From assembly GCF_009834535.1 (NCBI RefSeq), contig NC_045696.1, positions 91,886,001 to 91,950,000 on the forward strand: DNA of 64,000 nucleotides, written 5' to 3'. Below the pieces are notes generated by a model that had not been told where the DNA came from, did no database searches, and saw only the letters and a list, made by a program, of their open reading frames with translations. How positions within the stretch are numbered: position 1 is the stretch's first letter; each line of letters starts with the position of its first letter. The position numbers and the translations under genes were made by a program. This document shows positions 1 to 13,450 of this stretch, piece by piece. Origin of the DNA: Camelus ferus (Eukaryota).

Positions 1-1087
1 AAACAAGACCCAACTATAATACTATCTTCAAGAAACACACTTCAAATACAAAGACACATACAGGTTAAAAATAAAGGAGTGGATAGCAATATATCATGCT
101 GACACCAATCAAAAGAAAGTGAAGTATCTACCTTAGTTTCAGACAGAGACTTCAGAGCAAAAAAAGTTATCAGAAATACAGAGGGTATTACATAATGATA
201 AGGAGTGAGTGCTCCAAGAAGACATAATAATCCTTAATGACACAGCCTAACATATCAAAATATGTAAGGCAAAAGCTGATAGAGCCTCAAAGAGAAACAG
301 TTTAATTCACTATTACAGTTGGATACTTAAACACCCTTTTATCAAAAAAGGACATACTCAGGAGGCTGGAAATCAGTAAGGATATAGTTGAACTCAACAG
401 CATCATCAATCAACTGATATTACTGACATCTATGGAAGACTTCATCCAACAACAGCAGAATAACACATTCTTCTCAAGCTCACATGAAACATTCACCAAG
501 ATAGACCATATTCTGTGCTGTAAAACACATCTTAACAAATTTAAAGAATAAAAATCATACTATGTCTGCACTCAGACAACAATGAACTTAAACTACAAAT
601 TAAACAGAAAGAGCTGGGAAATCCCAAAATGCTTGGAGATTAAACAACACACTTCTCAATAACAAGTGTATCAAAGAAGAAGTCACAGAGAAACTTGAAA
701 ATACTCTGAACTAAATGAAAACGAAAATAAAACGTACTGAAATTTGTGGAATGCAGCAAAAGCAGTGCTCACAAGGAAATTTACGGCACTGAAAGCATTT
801 ATTTGAAAAGAGGAAAGATCTAAAAACAATAATTTAAACTTTCACCTTAGGAAACTAGAAAAAGAAGAGCATATTAAATCCAAAGTAAGCAGAAGAAAGG
901 AAATAATAATTAGAGCAGAAATCAATGAAATCAAAATAGGAAATCAACAGAGAAAATCAATAAAACCAAAAGCTGGTTCTTTGAAAAGATAAACAAAAAT
1001 GATCATCTTCAAGCAACGCTAAAAAAGAAAAAGAGAGGAGATACAAATTGCTAGTGTCAGAAATTAAGAGAAATCATCACTAGAGAT

Positions 1088-1730
1088 CCCTCAAAAAACT
1101 AAAAATAGAATTACCTTATGATCCAGCAATTCCATTCCTAGGTATATATCTGAAGAAAATGGCAGTATTAATTCAAATATATATATATATATATTTGATG
1201 TTCATAGCAGTATTGTTTACAATAGCCAAAATATGAAAGCAACCTAAGTGTCCATCAACAGATGAATGGATAAAGAAGACATGGTATATACATACAATGG
1301 AATACTACCAAGCAATAAGAAAGAATGAAATTTTGCTATTTGCAACAACATGGATGGACTTGAAGGGTATCAAGCTTACTGAAATAAGTCAGAGAAAGCA
1401 AATATTGTATATTACTTATATGTGGAATCTAAAAAATATAACAAACCAGTGAATATAACAAAAAAGAAGGAGACTCAGATATAGAGAACAAACCAGTGGT
1501 TACCAGTGGGGAGAGGAAGAGGTAAGGGTAATACATGGGTATGGATTTACAAAATACAAACTATTAGGTATAAAATAAGCTATAGGATATATTGTACAAC
1601 ACAGGGAATATTTTATAAATGGAGTATAACCTTTAATAATTGTGAATCACTATGTTGTACACCAGAAACTTACACAATATTGTAAATCAACTAGACCTCA
1701 ATAAAAAAGAAAAAATAATTTTAAAAAATT
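1088..1730 (+). mobile_element. Younger 5'-truncated L1 3' end nested in the older L1
   Basis: ORF2 C-terminus (TATGATCCAGCAATTCCA, ATGTTCATAGCAG, ACATGGATGGAC), 3' UTR, AATAAA and A-tail. The host ORF2 resumes at ~1735. Confidence 0.85.
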
Positions 1731-2425
1731 TAGAAGAAATACTATGAATAACTCTATGCCCACAAATTTGATAATCTAGATGAAATGAACCAATTCCTTG
1801 AAAGAAATGCCAAAACTCATACAAGAATTGACAAACTGAACATAACTGTATCTATAAAGAAATTGCATGAATAATTAACAAACTTCCAAAGTAGAAAGCA
1901 CCAGGTCCAGATGGATTCACTGGTAAATTCTACCAAACATTTAAAGAAAAAATTGTACCAAATCTCTCTTTCAATAGAAATAAGTGAAGAGACTATTCAA
2001 TTCATTCACTGAGGCCAGCATTACCACAATACCAAAACCAAAGACATTACAAGAAAACTACAGATCAGTATCTCTCACAAACATAGATGTAAAAATTGTC
2101 AATAAAATATTAGCAAATAAAATTTGAAAATATATAAAAAGAATTAAATACCACAATCAAGTGGGATTTATTCCAGATATTAAAGCTGGTTCAACATTCA
2201 AAAATCAATTAATGTAATCCAGCACATCAACATGCTAAAGAAGAAAAATCACATGATCTTATCAATAGATACAGAAAAAAGCATTTGACAAAATCCAACA
2301 TGCATTTATGATAAAAAACGCTTAGCAAACTAGGAATAGAGAGAAACTTCCTCAATTCTATAAAGAACATTTACCAAAAAAAATGACAGTTAATATCATA
2401 TTTAGTAGTGAAAAAATCGAAGCTT

Positions 2426-2640
2426 TGTTGCTGAAAAACCAGTCTCTGTACCCCGATAGCCAAACTGAGAGTTGGAGGCAGAGTTTGGGGAGGATAGAAA
2501 AGAACAGCTTTATTGCTTTGCCAGGCAAAGGAAGTCACAGCAGGTTAATGCCTTAAAGACTATGAGCCCATCTTGGGGTTGAGGTCTTACACTTTATAGA
2601 AAAACTGGATGGATTAGAAAAGGTAATAAAACAAGTGCTT
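2426..2640. mobile_element. Probable ERV LTR fragment at an internal deletion of the host L1
   Basis: Abrupt switch to non-L1 sequence starting TGTTG, including AGCTTTATTGCTTTGCCAGGCAAAGG (reverse-strand AATAAA), which resembles LTR U5 ends. Host L1 resumes further 3'. Confidence 0.5.
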
Positions 2641-3048
2641 ATAGCAAGGTCACAAAATAGAAAGTTAATTATACAAATGTCAGTAACTTCACTATATACC
2701 ATGATGAACACATGGAGTAGGAAGTTAAAAACACATTACCACCTACATTAGTGCCTCCCAAAAATGCAGGTATGAAATATACAAACTCTAATGAAATATG
2801 TATAAGAACTATATGAGGAAAACAATAAAACTCAGATGAACAAAAATAAAGAACTAAATAAATGAAGAGATATCCCATGTTTGTGAATAGGAAGATTCAA
2901 TATTGTCAAGACATCAATTCTTCCCATTAATTCAATCCCAAACAAAATCCCAGCAAGTTATTTTGGGGTTATGGACAAACAAAATCTGAAGTTTATATGG
3001 AGAGGCAAAAGACCCAGAATAGACAATTCAAAATTGAAGGAGAAACCC

Positions 3049-3084
3049 TCCCTGGTGGTCTAGTGATTAGGATTCGGCGCTCTC
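3049..3084 (+). pseudogene. Retroposed 5' half of tRNA-Glu(CTC), tail-less, with 17-bp target-site duplication
   Basis: TCCCTGGTGGTCTAGTGATTAGGATTCGGCGCTCTC matches nt 1-36 of mammalian tRNA-Glu-CTC with one G>A change. It is flanked by perfect TCAAAATTGAAGGAGAA at 3028-3044 and 3085-3101. Confidence 0.93.
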
Positions 3085-4696
3085 TCAAAATTGAAGGAGA
3101 AGAACAAAGTCGGAGGGCTGACATTACCTGGCTTCAAGACTTACTATAATAGTGTGATTTTGGTGGAAAAATGGACAAAGAGATTAATGGAACATAATAT
3201 AGTCCAGAAATAGACTCACATAAATACAACAAAGGCACAAAGGCAATACAATAGAGCAAAGATAGTCTCTTTAACCAATGGAGCTGGAACATTTAGACAA
3301 CATCTACATGTAAAAAAAAATGAAAGAAAGAAGAAAAAAGAAATCTAGGCACAGGCCACACATGCTTCACAATAATTAACTCAAATGAATCATAGACCTA
3401 ACACAAAATACAAAACTGTAAAACTCCTAGAAGATAACATAGGAGAAAACCTAAATGACCTTGGGTACAGCAGTGACTTTTTAAATACAATTCTGAAGGT
3501 AAGATTTATGAATTAATAAGCTAGATTTCATTAAATTTCAAAACTTCCTGCTCTACAAAAGAGAATGTCAAGAGAACTGGAAGACAAGTCACACACCGGG
3601 AAAGAATATTTGCAAAAGACACATCTGATAAAGGACTGTTATCCAAAATATACAAAGAACTCTTAAAACTCAACAATAAGAACACAACCTGATTTTAAAT
3701 GGGCAAAAGACCTGAACAAACACCTCAGCAAAGAAGATATACAGATAGCAAGCATATTCAAAGATGTTCAACGTCATATGTTATCAAGGAAACATAAATT
3801 AAAACAATAAGAGGCTACTACACACCTAATAGAATGGCCAAAATCCAAAACACCAACACCACCAAAAGCTGGTGATGACATGTAACAGGAACTCTCACTC
3901 ACTGCTGATGGGAATGCAAAGTGATAGAGCCACTTTGGTAGTTTCTTACAAAACTACAGATACTTTTACTTTATGATTCAGCAATCACACTCTTTGGTAT
4001 TTATCCAAAGGAGCTGAAAATGTATGTGCACACAAAAACCTGCACATGGATATTTACAGCAGCCTTATTCATAACTGTCAAAACATGGAAGCAACTAAGG
4101 TGCACTTCAGTTGGTGAATGGATAAATAAACTATGATTAATTCACAGAATGGAATATTATTCAGTGCTAAAAGAAACGAGCTATGAAGCCATGAAAAGAC
4201 ATAGAATAAACTCAGATGCATATTACTAACTGAAAGAAGCTAATTCAAAAAAGAAGCTAACTGAAAGGCTACACACTATGATTCCAACTATATGACGTTC
4301 TGGAAAAGGCAAACTTATGGAGACAGCAGACAGTGGTTCTCCATCCTTAGAGGGGAGGGAGGGACAAACAGAACACAGAGGATTTCTAGGGCAGTGTATC
4401 TATTCTGTATGGTACTACAGTGGTAGATATATGGCCATATACATTTGTCAAAACCCGTAGAATGTACAACATCAAGAGTGAACCCTAATGTAAACTATAT
4501 TTTGAGGTGATAATGATGTGCCAAGGTAGGTTCACTGACTTTAACAAATGTATCACAGTGAGGTAGGATTATATAGTGGGGAGAGTTGTACATGTGTACA
4601 GGCAGTGGGTATATGGAAACTCTCTGTATGTTCCACTAGATTTTGCTGTGAACCTAAAACTGCTCCAAAAATTAAAGTCTATTAATTTTTTTAAAA

Positions 4697-4928
4697 GTCA
4701 GTTACCAAAGGGGAGAAGGATGAAGGAAGGGACTAATTAGGGATATGCAATGAAGAGATATAAATTACTATGTATACACCAGATAAGCAACAAAGAACAT
4801 AGCAGAGGGAATTATAGCCATTATCTTGCAATAACCTTTAGTGGAGTATAATCTGTAAAATACTGAATCACTATGCTGTATACCTGAAATTAATATATTT
4901 AGATGAACAATACTTCGATTTAAAAAAG
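4697..4928 (+). mobile_element. Short L1 3' UTR fragment
   Basis: GTTACCAAAGGGGA...ATACTGAATCACTATGCTGTATACCTGAAATTAATAT followed by a short A-tail. Confidence 0.75.
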
Positions 4929-5149
4929 CCAGTATAAAACATTCGTGAAGTATAAAGTTACAAAATATAATTTAAATAATTAAGTGTTAGAAAAGGTGAA
5001 GTAGGTTAACAAGAATATTTTATATTAAAACATCTAATCAAAAAAGATAGGTCTTATATATCCAATCATCTAACTTTGAAATAGAAACTGACTGAAAACA
5101 AATTAGCCTTGACTTTGATGAAGTAACTAGTAAGAGAACTCGAAATTTT

Positions 5150-6163
5150 TTTAAGGATAGTAAATATATACATATAAACAAGAGTATAAACTAATGAGAT
5201 AGTAAAGAAACAGATTTGATCAATTAAGCTAATATCTGGCTCTTTGAAAAGGTCAATATAATAGACAAATCTGTTTATTTCTTAGAAAAACAAGTTTTCT
5301 CTCTCTTTCTTTACACTGTATCTCTCTTAACCAGACACAAATAATCATCCCAAGAAAAGATAAAGGGGGTCATAAAAGATACAAAGGAAATTTTTTAAAT
5401 AAAGGGATAACATATATTACTAACTATTAAGAAATTTGAAATGCTAGTGAAATACTTGTCTTTCTAGAAAAATACCAATTTCCAAAATTGACCCAGGAAG
5501 GGGTAAAATCCATAAATAAACCAATAATTGTAGAGGAAACATAATGGGCCATCAAAACTCTACTTCTCAGAAAAGATACAAGCATACTTTTTAAACAATA
5601 TCTGCCAAAGCTGCAAGGAAGAGGCAACTCATGTGTTATTCAAAACATCTAGTAAGCACAAAAGGTGAAAGTCTTCTTAACTTTTTTTAAGAGGCCAGTA
5701 TAAGCCAGTCTTTATAATATAAAACATGAAAACTACTGGTCAACCTCAATAGTGAACATGGATGCAAAAATCTGTGTAAAGCATTAGCAAATTAATCCAG
5801 CACCATACTAAAGGAACAATAATTTTCATAAACTATCACACACATAACTAGTAATATGGATAATTATTTCAGTGGTACAAAGACACATTTTATTTTAATA
5901 ATTGTATCTTTATTTTTAACTTTCTTTTTATGGCAAGTGATAATGTTTTTCCATTTATTATTATTATAGAAAATTTCCTTTACACATATATAATTAATGG
6001 AGTATTTATGGAAGAATACTACAGAGTGTTCATAGCCGTGGAAAAATATCATGAAGAAGGTAAGAAAATGCATAAAATTTAGGAAACCCTGAAATACACA
6101 CCATAATCCAAATGGCTTTATACCAAAAATGCAAGTATTATTTCATATTAGAAAATATATTAG
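5150..6163 (+). mobile_element. Ancient, highly decayed L1 ORF2 (left part; continues at 10829)
   Basis: Degenerate ORF2 motifs (TCTTTGAAAAGGTCAAT, ATGGATGCAAAAAT, TTTATACCAAAAATGCAAG). The reading continues across the 6164-10828 insertion. Confidence 0.7.
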
Positions 6164-9100
6164 GAGAGAGTGATGTAAGCAACATGGGAGAGTGAATGTA
6201 TAGGTAAATGAAGGTAGGATGTTATCTAAAAAGGACTATTTGACTCATAGACATAGAATACAGACTTGTGGTTGCCAAGGGGGTGGGGAGTGGGAAGAGA
6301 TAGACTGGGATTTCAAAATTGTAGAATAGATAAACAAGATTATACTGTATAGCACAGGGAAATATACACAAGATCTTATGGTGGCTCACAGAGAAAAAAA
6401 TGTGACAATGAATATATATATGTTAATGTATAACTGAAAAATTGTGCTCTACATTGGAATTTGACACAACATTGTAAAATGATTATAAATCAATTAAAAA
6501 ATGTTAAAAAATAAATAAAAAGGACTACTTTATCTATGAGACATTTTATACAAACTTCATGGTAACTACAAAACATAAATGTGGAGCAGAGACACGAAAC
6601 AGAAAAAAAAATGATAACTGAGAAAAACATCATAGAAAACTACCAAACCAAAATGGCAGGCAGAATCACAAGGCCTTCTCCAAGAAATAATGAAGAAATA
6701 GAGTAGCCAGAGAACAAAAGATAAATTGGCAGTACTAAGTCTTCTTCTATCAATAATCAAAAATCACTCTAAATATAAATGGACTGAATTCACCATTCAA
6801 ACAATACAGAGTGACTGGATGGTTTATAAAACAAGACCCAACTACATGCTGCCTCCAAGAGACTCATCTCAGTTATATTTAACAAATGTAGTCTTAAAGT
6901 GAAAGAATAAAAGATCATACTACAAGCAAATGGCAGCAAAAAAAAAAGTGGGTATAGACATACATCAGACAAAATACACTTCAAGCCAAAAAAGATAATA
7001 AGAGACAAAATGGACAGTATATAATGACAAAGGAATAATTCATCAAGAAGACATAACAGTTATTAATATATAAACACCTAACACAAGAGCACAAAATATA
7101 TAAAACAATTAATAACAGACCTAGAGGGAGAAATTGATAGTAACCCAATAATAGCAGGAAACTTTAAATCCCACTTACATCAATAAATAGATCACCTAGG
7201 CAAAAGTCATCAATGGAACACTGACCTTAAATGAAACATTAGTCCAGATGGATGTGACAGATTTGTACAGAACATTCCATTCAAATGTAGCAGAATACAC
7301 ATTCTTTTCAAGGGCACATGGAACTTTCTGAAGAATAGACCGTATGTTGGGACACAAAACAAGTTTCAATAAATTTAAAGACTGAAATCAATCAAGCAAC
7401 TTTTCCAATCACAATGGTATGAAAACAGAAAGTAACTACAAGGAGAAAGCTGGAAAAATCACAATCATGTAGAGATTGAACAACATGCTACTAAACAACT
7501 ATTGGGTCAATGAAGAAATGAAAGGAGAAATCAAAAGTTACCTGAAGACAAATGAAAATGAAAATACAACATACCAAAATCTATGAGATGCAGCAAAAGA
7601 AATTCTAAGAAGAAAGTTTATAGCAATACAGACTTACCTCAATAAACAAACAAAAAAATCTCAATTAAGCGATCTAAGATTACATCTAAAGGAACTAGAA
7701 AAAGAACAAATGAAGTCTAAAGTCAGTAGAAGGAAGGAAATAATAAAGATCAGAGTGGAAATAGAGACTAAAAAGATAATAGAAAAAAAAGCAATGAAAC
7801 TAAGAGCTGATTCTTTGAAAAGATAAACAAAATTGATTGGCTAGATTAAGGAAAAAGAGACAGAAGGCTCTGATAAATAAAGTCAAAAATGGAAGAGGAG
7901 AAGTAATAGTTAGATACCACAAAAATATAAAGGATTATAAGAGACTATTATGAACGGCTATCTGCCAACAAACTGAACAACCAAGAAGAAATGGACTTAT
8001 TTTTAGAATCATAAAACCTTCCAAAACTGAATCATGAAGAAACAGAAAATCTAAAAAGATGGATCACTAGTACAGAGATCGAAATAACAATCAAAAAGTT
8101 CTCCCAAAACAAAAGTCCAGGACCAGATGGCTTCACAGGTGAATTCTACTAAACATTCAAAGACTGAATAACTGTCAAACTACTCTAAAAAACTGAAGAT
8201 GAAGGAACACTTCTTAACTCATTTTATGAGACCAACATCACTGTAATACAAAAATGAGACAATGACAACACACACACATACACAAATTACAGGCCAATAT
8301 CTCTGACGAACATAGATGCAAAAATCTTCAACAAAATATTAGCAAACTGAATATAGCAACAGATTAAAAGTATAATAACCTTGATCAAGTGGGATTTATT
8401 CCAGGGATGCAGAGATGGTTCAACATATGCAAATCAATCAGCATGATACATCAACATAACAAGATGAAGGATAAAAACCATATGATCATCTTATAGATGC
8501 AGAAAAAGCATTTGACAAGATTCAACACCCATTTATGATAAAAAAAAAAAAACCTCTCAATAAAGTAAGTATAGAAGGAATGTACCTCAATATAACAAAG
8601 AACATATATGACAAACCCACAGCTGACATCATACTCAATGGTGAAAAACTGAAGGCTATCTCTCTAAAATCAGGAACAAGAAAGGATGTGCACTCTCACT
8701 ACTCTTATTCAACATAATATTGGAAGTTTTAACCAGAGAAATTATGCAAGAAAATAAATAAAAGGCATCCAAATTGGAAAGGAAGAGGTAAAATTGTCAC
8801 TATTTGTAGATGACATGATTTTACATGTGGAAAACCCCAAATACTCCACACACAAAAAAACTATTAGAAATAAAAAAATAAGTAAAGTTGCAGGGTAGAA
8901 AAATCAACATACAAAAATTGGTTTCGTTTCTATACACTAATAATAAGCTAGTAGATAGAGAAATTAAGAAAACAATCTTATTTACAATTGCATCAAAAAG
9001 AATAAAATACCTAGAAATAAATTTAAACAAGGAGGTAAAAGACCTGCATACTGAAGACATTGTTGAAAGAAACTGAAGAAGACACAAATAAATGGAAAGA

Positions 9101-10828
9101 TAATCTATGCTCATGAATTTGAAGAATTAACATTGTTAAAATGTCCATATTACCTACATCAATCTACAGATTCAATGCAATCCCTATCAAAATCCCAAAG
9201 ACATTTTTCACAGAAGTAAAGCAAAAGCTTCTAATATTATATGGAACCACTAAAGACTCCAGATAGCCAAAGCAATCCTGAAGAAAAAGAACAAAGCTAG
9301 AGGTATCATTCTCCCTAATTTTAAACCATATTTCAAAGCCAGGTAATCAAAACAGCATGATATTGGGGGAAAAAGATACATAGATCAATGGAACAGAACT
9401 GAGAGCCAAGATATAAACCCATGCGTATAGGGACAATTAGTTTACAAAAAAGGAGTAAAGAATGTACAATGGAGAAAGGATAATCTCTTCAATAAATGGT
9501 ATTGGGAAAACTGGGCAACCATATGCAAAAAAATGAAACTAGATCACTATCTCATACTATGCACCAAAATCAACTCAAAACAGATTAAAGACTTGAATGT
9601 AACACCTGAAACCATAAAACTCCTAGAAGAAAACATAGGCAGTATGCTTTTTGACATTGGTGTTTGCAGTATCTTTCTAGATAGGTCTCCTCAGGCAAGA
9701 GGAACAAAAACAAAAATAAATGCAACTACGTCAAACTGAAGAGCTTCTGCACAGCAAAGGAGACCACCAACAAAATAAAAAGACAATCTACCACATGGGA
9801 GAAGATATTCTCAAATTATATACCTGATAAGGGTTTAATATCCAAAATATACAAAGAACACATAAAACTCAACAATAAAAAAACCCAAACAACCCAATTA
9901 AAAATGGGCAGAGGATCTGAATAGACTTTTTTCTAAAGAAGACATATAGATGGCCAACAGATACATGAGAAGATGTTCAACATCACTAATTATTAGGGAA
10001 ATGCAAGTCAAAACCATAATGAGGTATCACTTCACACTGTTAGATTGGCTATTAACAAAAAGGCAAGAAATAACATATGTTGACCAGGATATGGAAAAAA
10101 GGGAACACCTGTGCACTTTCAGTAAAAATGTAAACTGGTGCAGCCACTATGGAAAACAGTATGGAGATTGCTCAAAAAATTAAGAACAGAACTACTATAT
10201 GATCCAACTATCCTATTTCTGGGTATTTAATTAATTAATTAATAACTAATTAATTGAAAACACTAATTCAAAGTGATATATACACTCCAATGTTCATCAC
10301 AGCATTATTTACAATAGCCAAGATATGGAAACAACCCAAGTACTCAACAACAGATGAATGGATAAATAAGCTGGTATATACATGTATATACCATAAACAC
10401 ACTGGAATACTACTCAGCCATAAAAAGAGATGAAATCTTGTCATCTATGACAACATGGATGGACCTTGAGGGTATTATGCTAAGTAAAATAAGTCAGACG
10501 GAATTTCACTCACATGTGGAATATAAAGAACAAATAAACAAACAAAACAAAATAAATGAACAAACAAAACTAAACCAAAACAACCACATAGATACAGAGA
10601 ACAGAGAAGTGGTTACTAGAGGGGTAAGGGCAGGGTGGAGGAGGGTGAAATTGCTAAAGAGAATCAACTGTATGGTGACAAATGGAAACTGAATTTTTGG
10701 TGGTGAGCACAATGTAGGACATAAACAAATACAATGTATATATGAATGAAACATGTTATAAAACAAGGCTACCTCAAAAAAAATCTAAAAATTTTTAAAT
10801 GATAATAAATAAATAAAATGTTTAAAAA
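6164..10828 (+). mobile_element. LINE-1 with near-complete decayed ORF2 and 3' UTR, 14-bp TSD; 5' UTR and ORF1 missing
   Basis: ORF-track fragments are L1 ORF2 peptides ([43 protein letters not shown]). TSD AGAAAAT(A/C)TATTAG at 6150-6163 and 10829-10842. Confidence 0.93.
6242..6515 (+). mobile_element. Young lineage-specific L1 3' end with 15-bp TSD
   Basis: Closely similar to 43491-43763. TSD TAAAAAGGACTA(T/C)TT at 6227-6241 and 6516-6530. Confidence 0.9.
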
Positions 10829-11254
10829 AGAAAATCTATTAGTATTACTTACTACATTAACAGAATAAAGGAGAAAAATCATATATTCATCCCAACAGAA
10901 GATAGAAAAGCATTTGTTAAAATTTCAACAACTATTCCTGATTAAAACACTAAACTTAAGGATCTAAAAATAAAGGGGAATTCCTTTAACTGATAAAATT
11001 CATCTCTAAGAAACCTATAGCCAATACCCTTTTTAACACAGACACACTAGTCGGGTTCACATTAAATCAGAAATAAGACAAAGATGCACCCTACAAGTTT
11101 ACTATTCAATGTTGTTCTAAAGGTCCAATTCAAGTTAATGAGACAAAAAGAAGGGGTGTAGTAGGGTGGGGAGGGTATAACTATTAGAAATTAAAAGGTA
11201 AGTTACTATTTGCATATAATGTGACTCATATGTATGTGTACATATACAAAATGA

Positions 11255-11289
<35 letters not shown>

Positions 11290-13450
11290 AATATATTCAA
11301 GAAAATGACCTAAAAAACAAATACAAGTAGTGAAAGAATTCAGTAAGGGAGCTACCTACAAAATCAATGTATAAAAATCAATGGCATTTAGAAAAATTTT
11401 AAAATCTAATGAACAAAAAGATGCCATCCCCAATAGCAACAAAAATTACATGTCTAGGAATTAAACTAATATGCAATTTTCAAGAAAATCATAAAACTTT
11501 ATTAAGGGATTTAAATAAGGCTTGAATAAATGGGGTGGGAAATACTATGTTTTAGAATTTAAAGACTCAAGATAAAAAGATGTCAATTCTCAAGATGTCA
11601 AATTGCTCTAAAAGACAAATGCAACTCCAATCTACATCATAATATAGAAAGTTTTATGGAATCTGATAAGCTGATTCTAATTCATCTAGAAGAGAAAATG
11701 TGTTAGAAAGGCCAGGATAACCTGAAAAGCAAAATAAACAACTACACTACAAAATGTCAATACATATAAAGCTAAGGTAGTTAAAAGTGTGTTGCTGACC
11801 CACTCCTATATACTAAATATTTCTATTCCCTCAGTATTAAGTTGAAACCAACTGCCCAATGTGATGGTATCTGAAGGTGGGGCCTCTGGGAGGTCACTAG
11901 GTCATAAGGATGAAGCCCTCAGGAGTGCGATGAGTGCCCTTATAAAAGAAACCCCAGAGAGCTCCTTTGCCTTTTCTGCCATGTGAAGACAAAGCAAGAA
12001 AGCAGTTGTCTATGAACCAGGAAGGGGGCTATCACCAGATAACAATAAGCTAGCATCTTGATCTTGGACTTTCCAGCCTCCAGAACTGTGAGAGATAAAT
12101 AATGTTATTTATAAGTCACCCAGTCTATGATAGTTCATTATAGCAGTCCAATTAGACTAAGACACTCAGTGATAAGATAACAGATCAAGAGCATAAAACA
12201 GAGTCCAGAAATAGACCATAACAGGTGGCATTTCAAATCAAGGGAGAAAGAATGAAGAATTTAAAGGATGATATTGGAACAAAAAGCCATACATTTATGA
12301 AACAACAAAAAAACATGAAATTATAAATCTGACTCACAAATACTAATTGCAAGTAGATTAAAAAGCTAACTAAAACAATAATACTATAAAAGTTTTAAAC
12401 ATACGTTGTTTTTCAAATTGCTTGAATCTAGGTTAGAGCTAGCCAGAGTTTCTGTTGTTTGGAACCAAAAGAACTTGACAAAGAACCCTTACCAGAATTT
12501 GGCACAAGATATTTTTTAAAAATTGGTACACAAAAAATTACAACAAACAATAAGATATGCAAACATGAGAAAATATTTGCAATATGTAAACAAAGTATAA
12601 GTCCATATTATGTTAGAAACTCCTATACATAAATAAAAATAAACAAATAACTATAGAAATTTTGACAACATACATGAACAGATAATAGAGGAAGAAATAT
12701 AAATATCTACTAAATATATGAAAAAAGTTCAACCTTATTAACAATAAAGAAATACAAATAACAATGAAGTAACATTTTTTCACTCAAGAAAAAAGTGAAA
12801 ATTTGAGAAAAATTAAAGACTCCAATATTAAGAAGATGTAGGAAAATAGCCACTTTATAAATTACTGGCCAAAAATAAGTTAATCCTATCTTCTCAAGGG
12901 AGAATTTGGTATAAGGACCATCAAAATTTTAAACTGGCATTGACTTTCTTTCAGCTATTTCACTTCTAGGAATTTATCCAATGGGAAACATATGCACGTA
13001 AGAATATAAATATAAATACTATATGTAATAATAAATATTGGAAATAATCTAAACATTGAAAAGAGACATGCTTAAGTAAACTATGGAGTTTCTTAGTAAG
13101 GAAAACATTGCAGCAGTTAAGAACAAGGTAGACCTACGTGCATTAACATGGAACAGTTTCCAATATACATAGCTAAGTGACAAAAGTCACAGATCAAGAA
13201 ATTTAATACATTAAAAACTAGTCTGTTAAAAGATAAAGAGCTTTAAAACAACATGGCTCATATATATATATAGGTTGCACTGCATTTATTAAAAATACAT
13301 CTATAATAAAGTTTAAGGCCTAATGAAGGATGTAGTAAGATATATACCAAACTATTAAAAGTAGTTTTATCTCCAGTAAGAAAGCAATCAGAAGGATAAA
13401 AAAGGACTTTCTTGCCTTTTCTTCTGTATACTTCTTTTATTTCATATATT
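10829..13450 (+). mobile_element. Ancient decayed L1 (right part of the 5150-6163 element)
   Basis: Degenerate ORF2 motifs (AGAAAAGCATTTG, CTACAAAATCAATGTATAAAAATCAATGGCATT, ATTTCACTTCTAGGAATTTATCC). The right boundary is approximate. Confidence 0.7.
11805..12164 (+). mobile_element. MaLR solo LTR (MLT1A-like)
   Basis: CCCAATGTGATGGTAT...GGTGGGGCCT...GTGCCCTTATAAAAGA...CCAGCCTCCAGAACTGTGAG...GACTAAGACA. Confidence 0.85.

Larger units (their letters stand above)
1..4692 (+). mobile_element. Old LINE-1 (L1MC1/2-like 3' end), decayed ORF2 plus 3' UTR, interrupted by younger insertions
   Basis: Endonuclease-region sequence at the start (AAACAAGACCCAACTATA, ACATTCACCAAGATAGACC), RT-region motifs (AGCACCAGGTCCAGATGGATTCACTGG, CAAGTGGGATTTATTCCAG), and a 3' UTR with AATGTACAACATCAAGAGTGAACCCTAATGTAAAC. 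Many stops and frameshifts. Confidence 0.9.

Noticed and set aside
6720..10500. Possibly active L1 ORF2
   Set aside because: Broken by many stops and frameshifts; promoter and ORF1 are missing.
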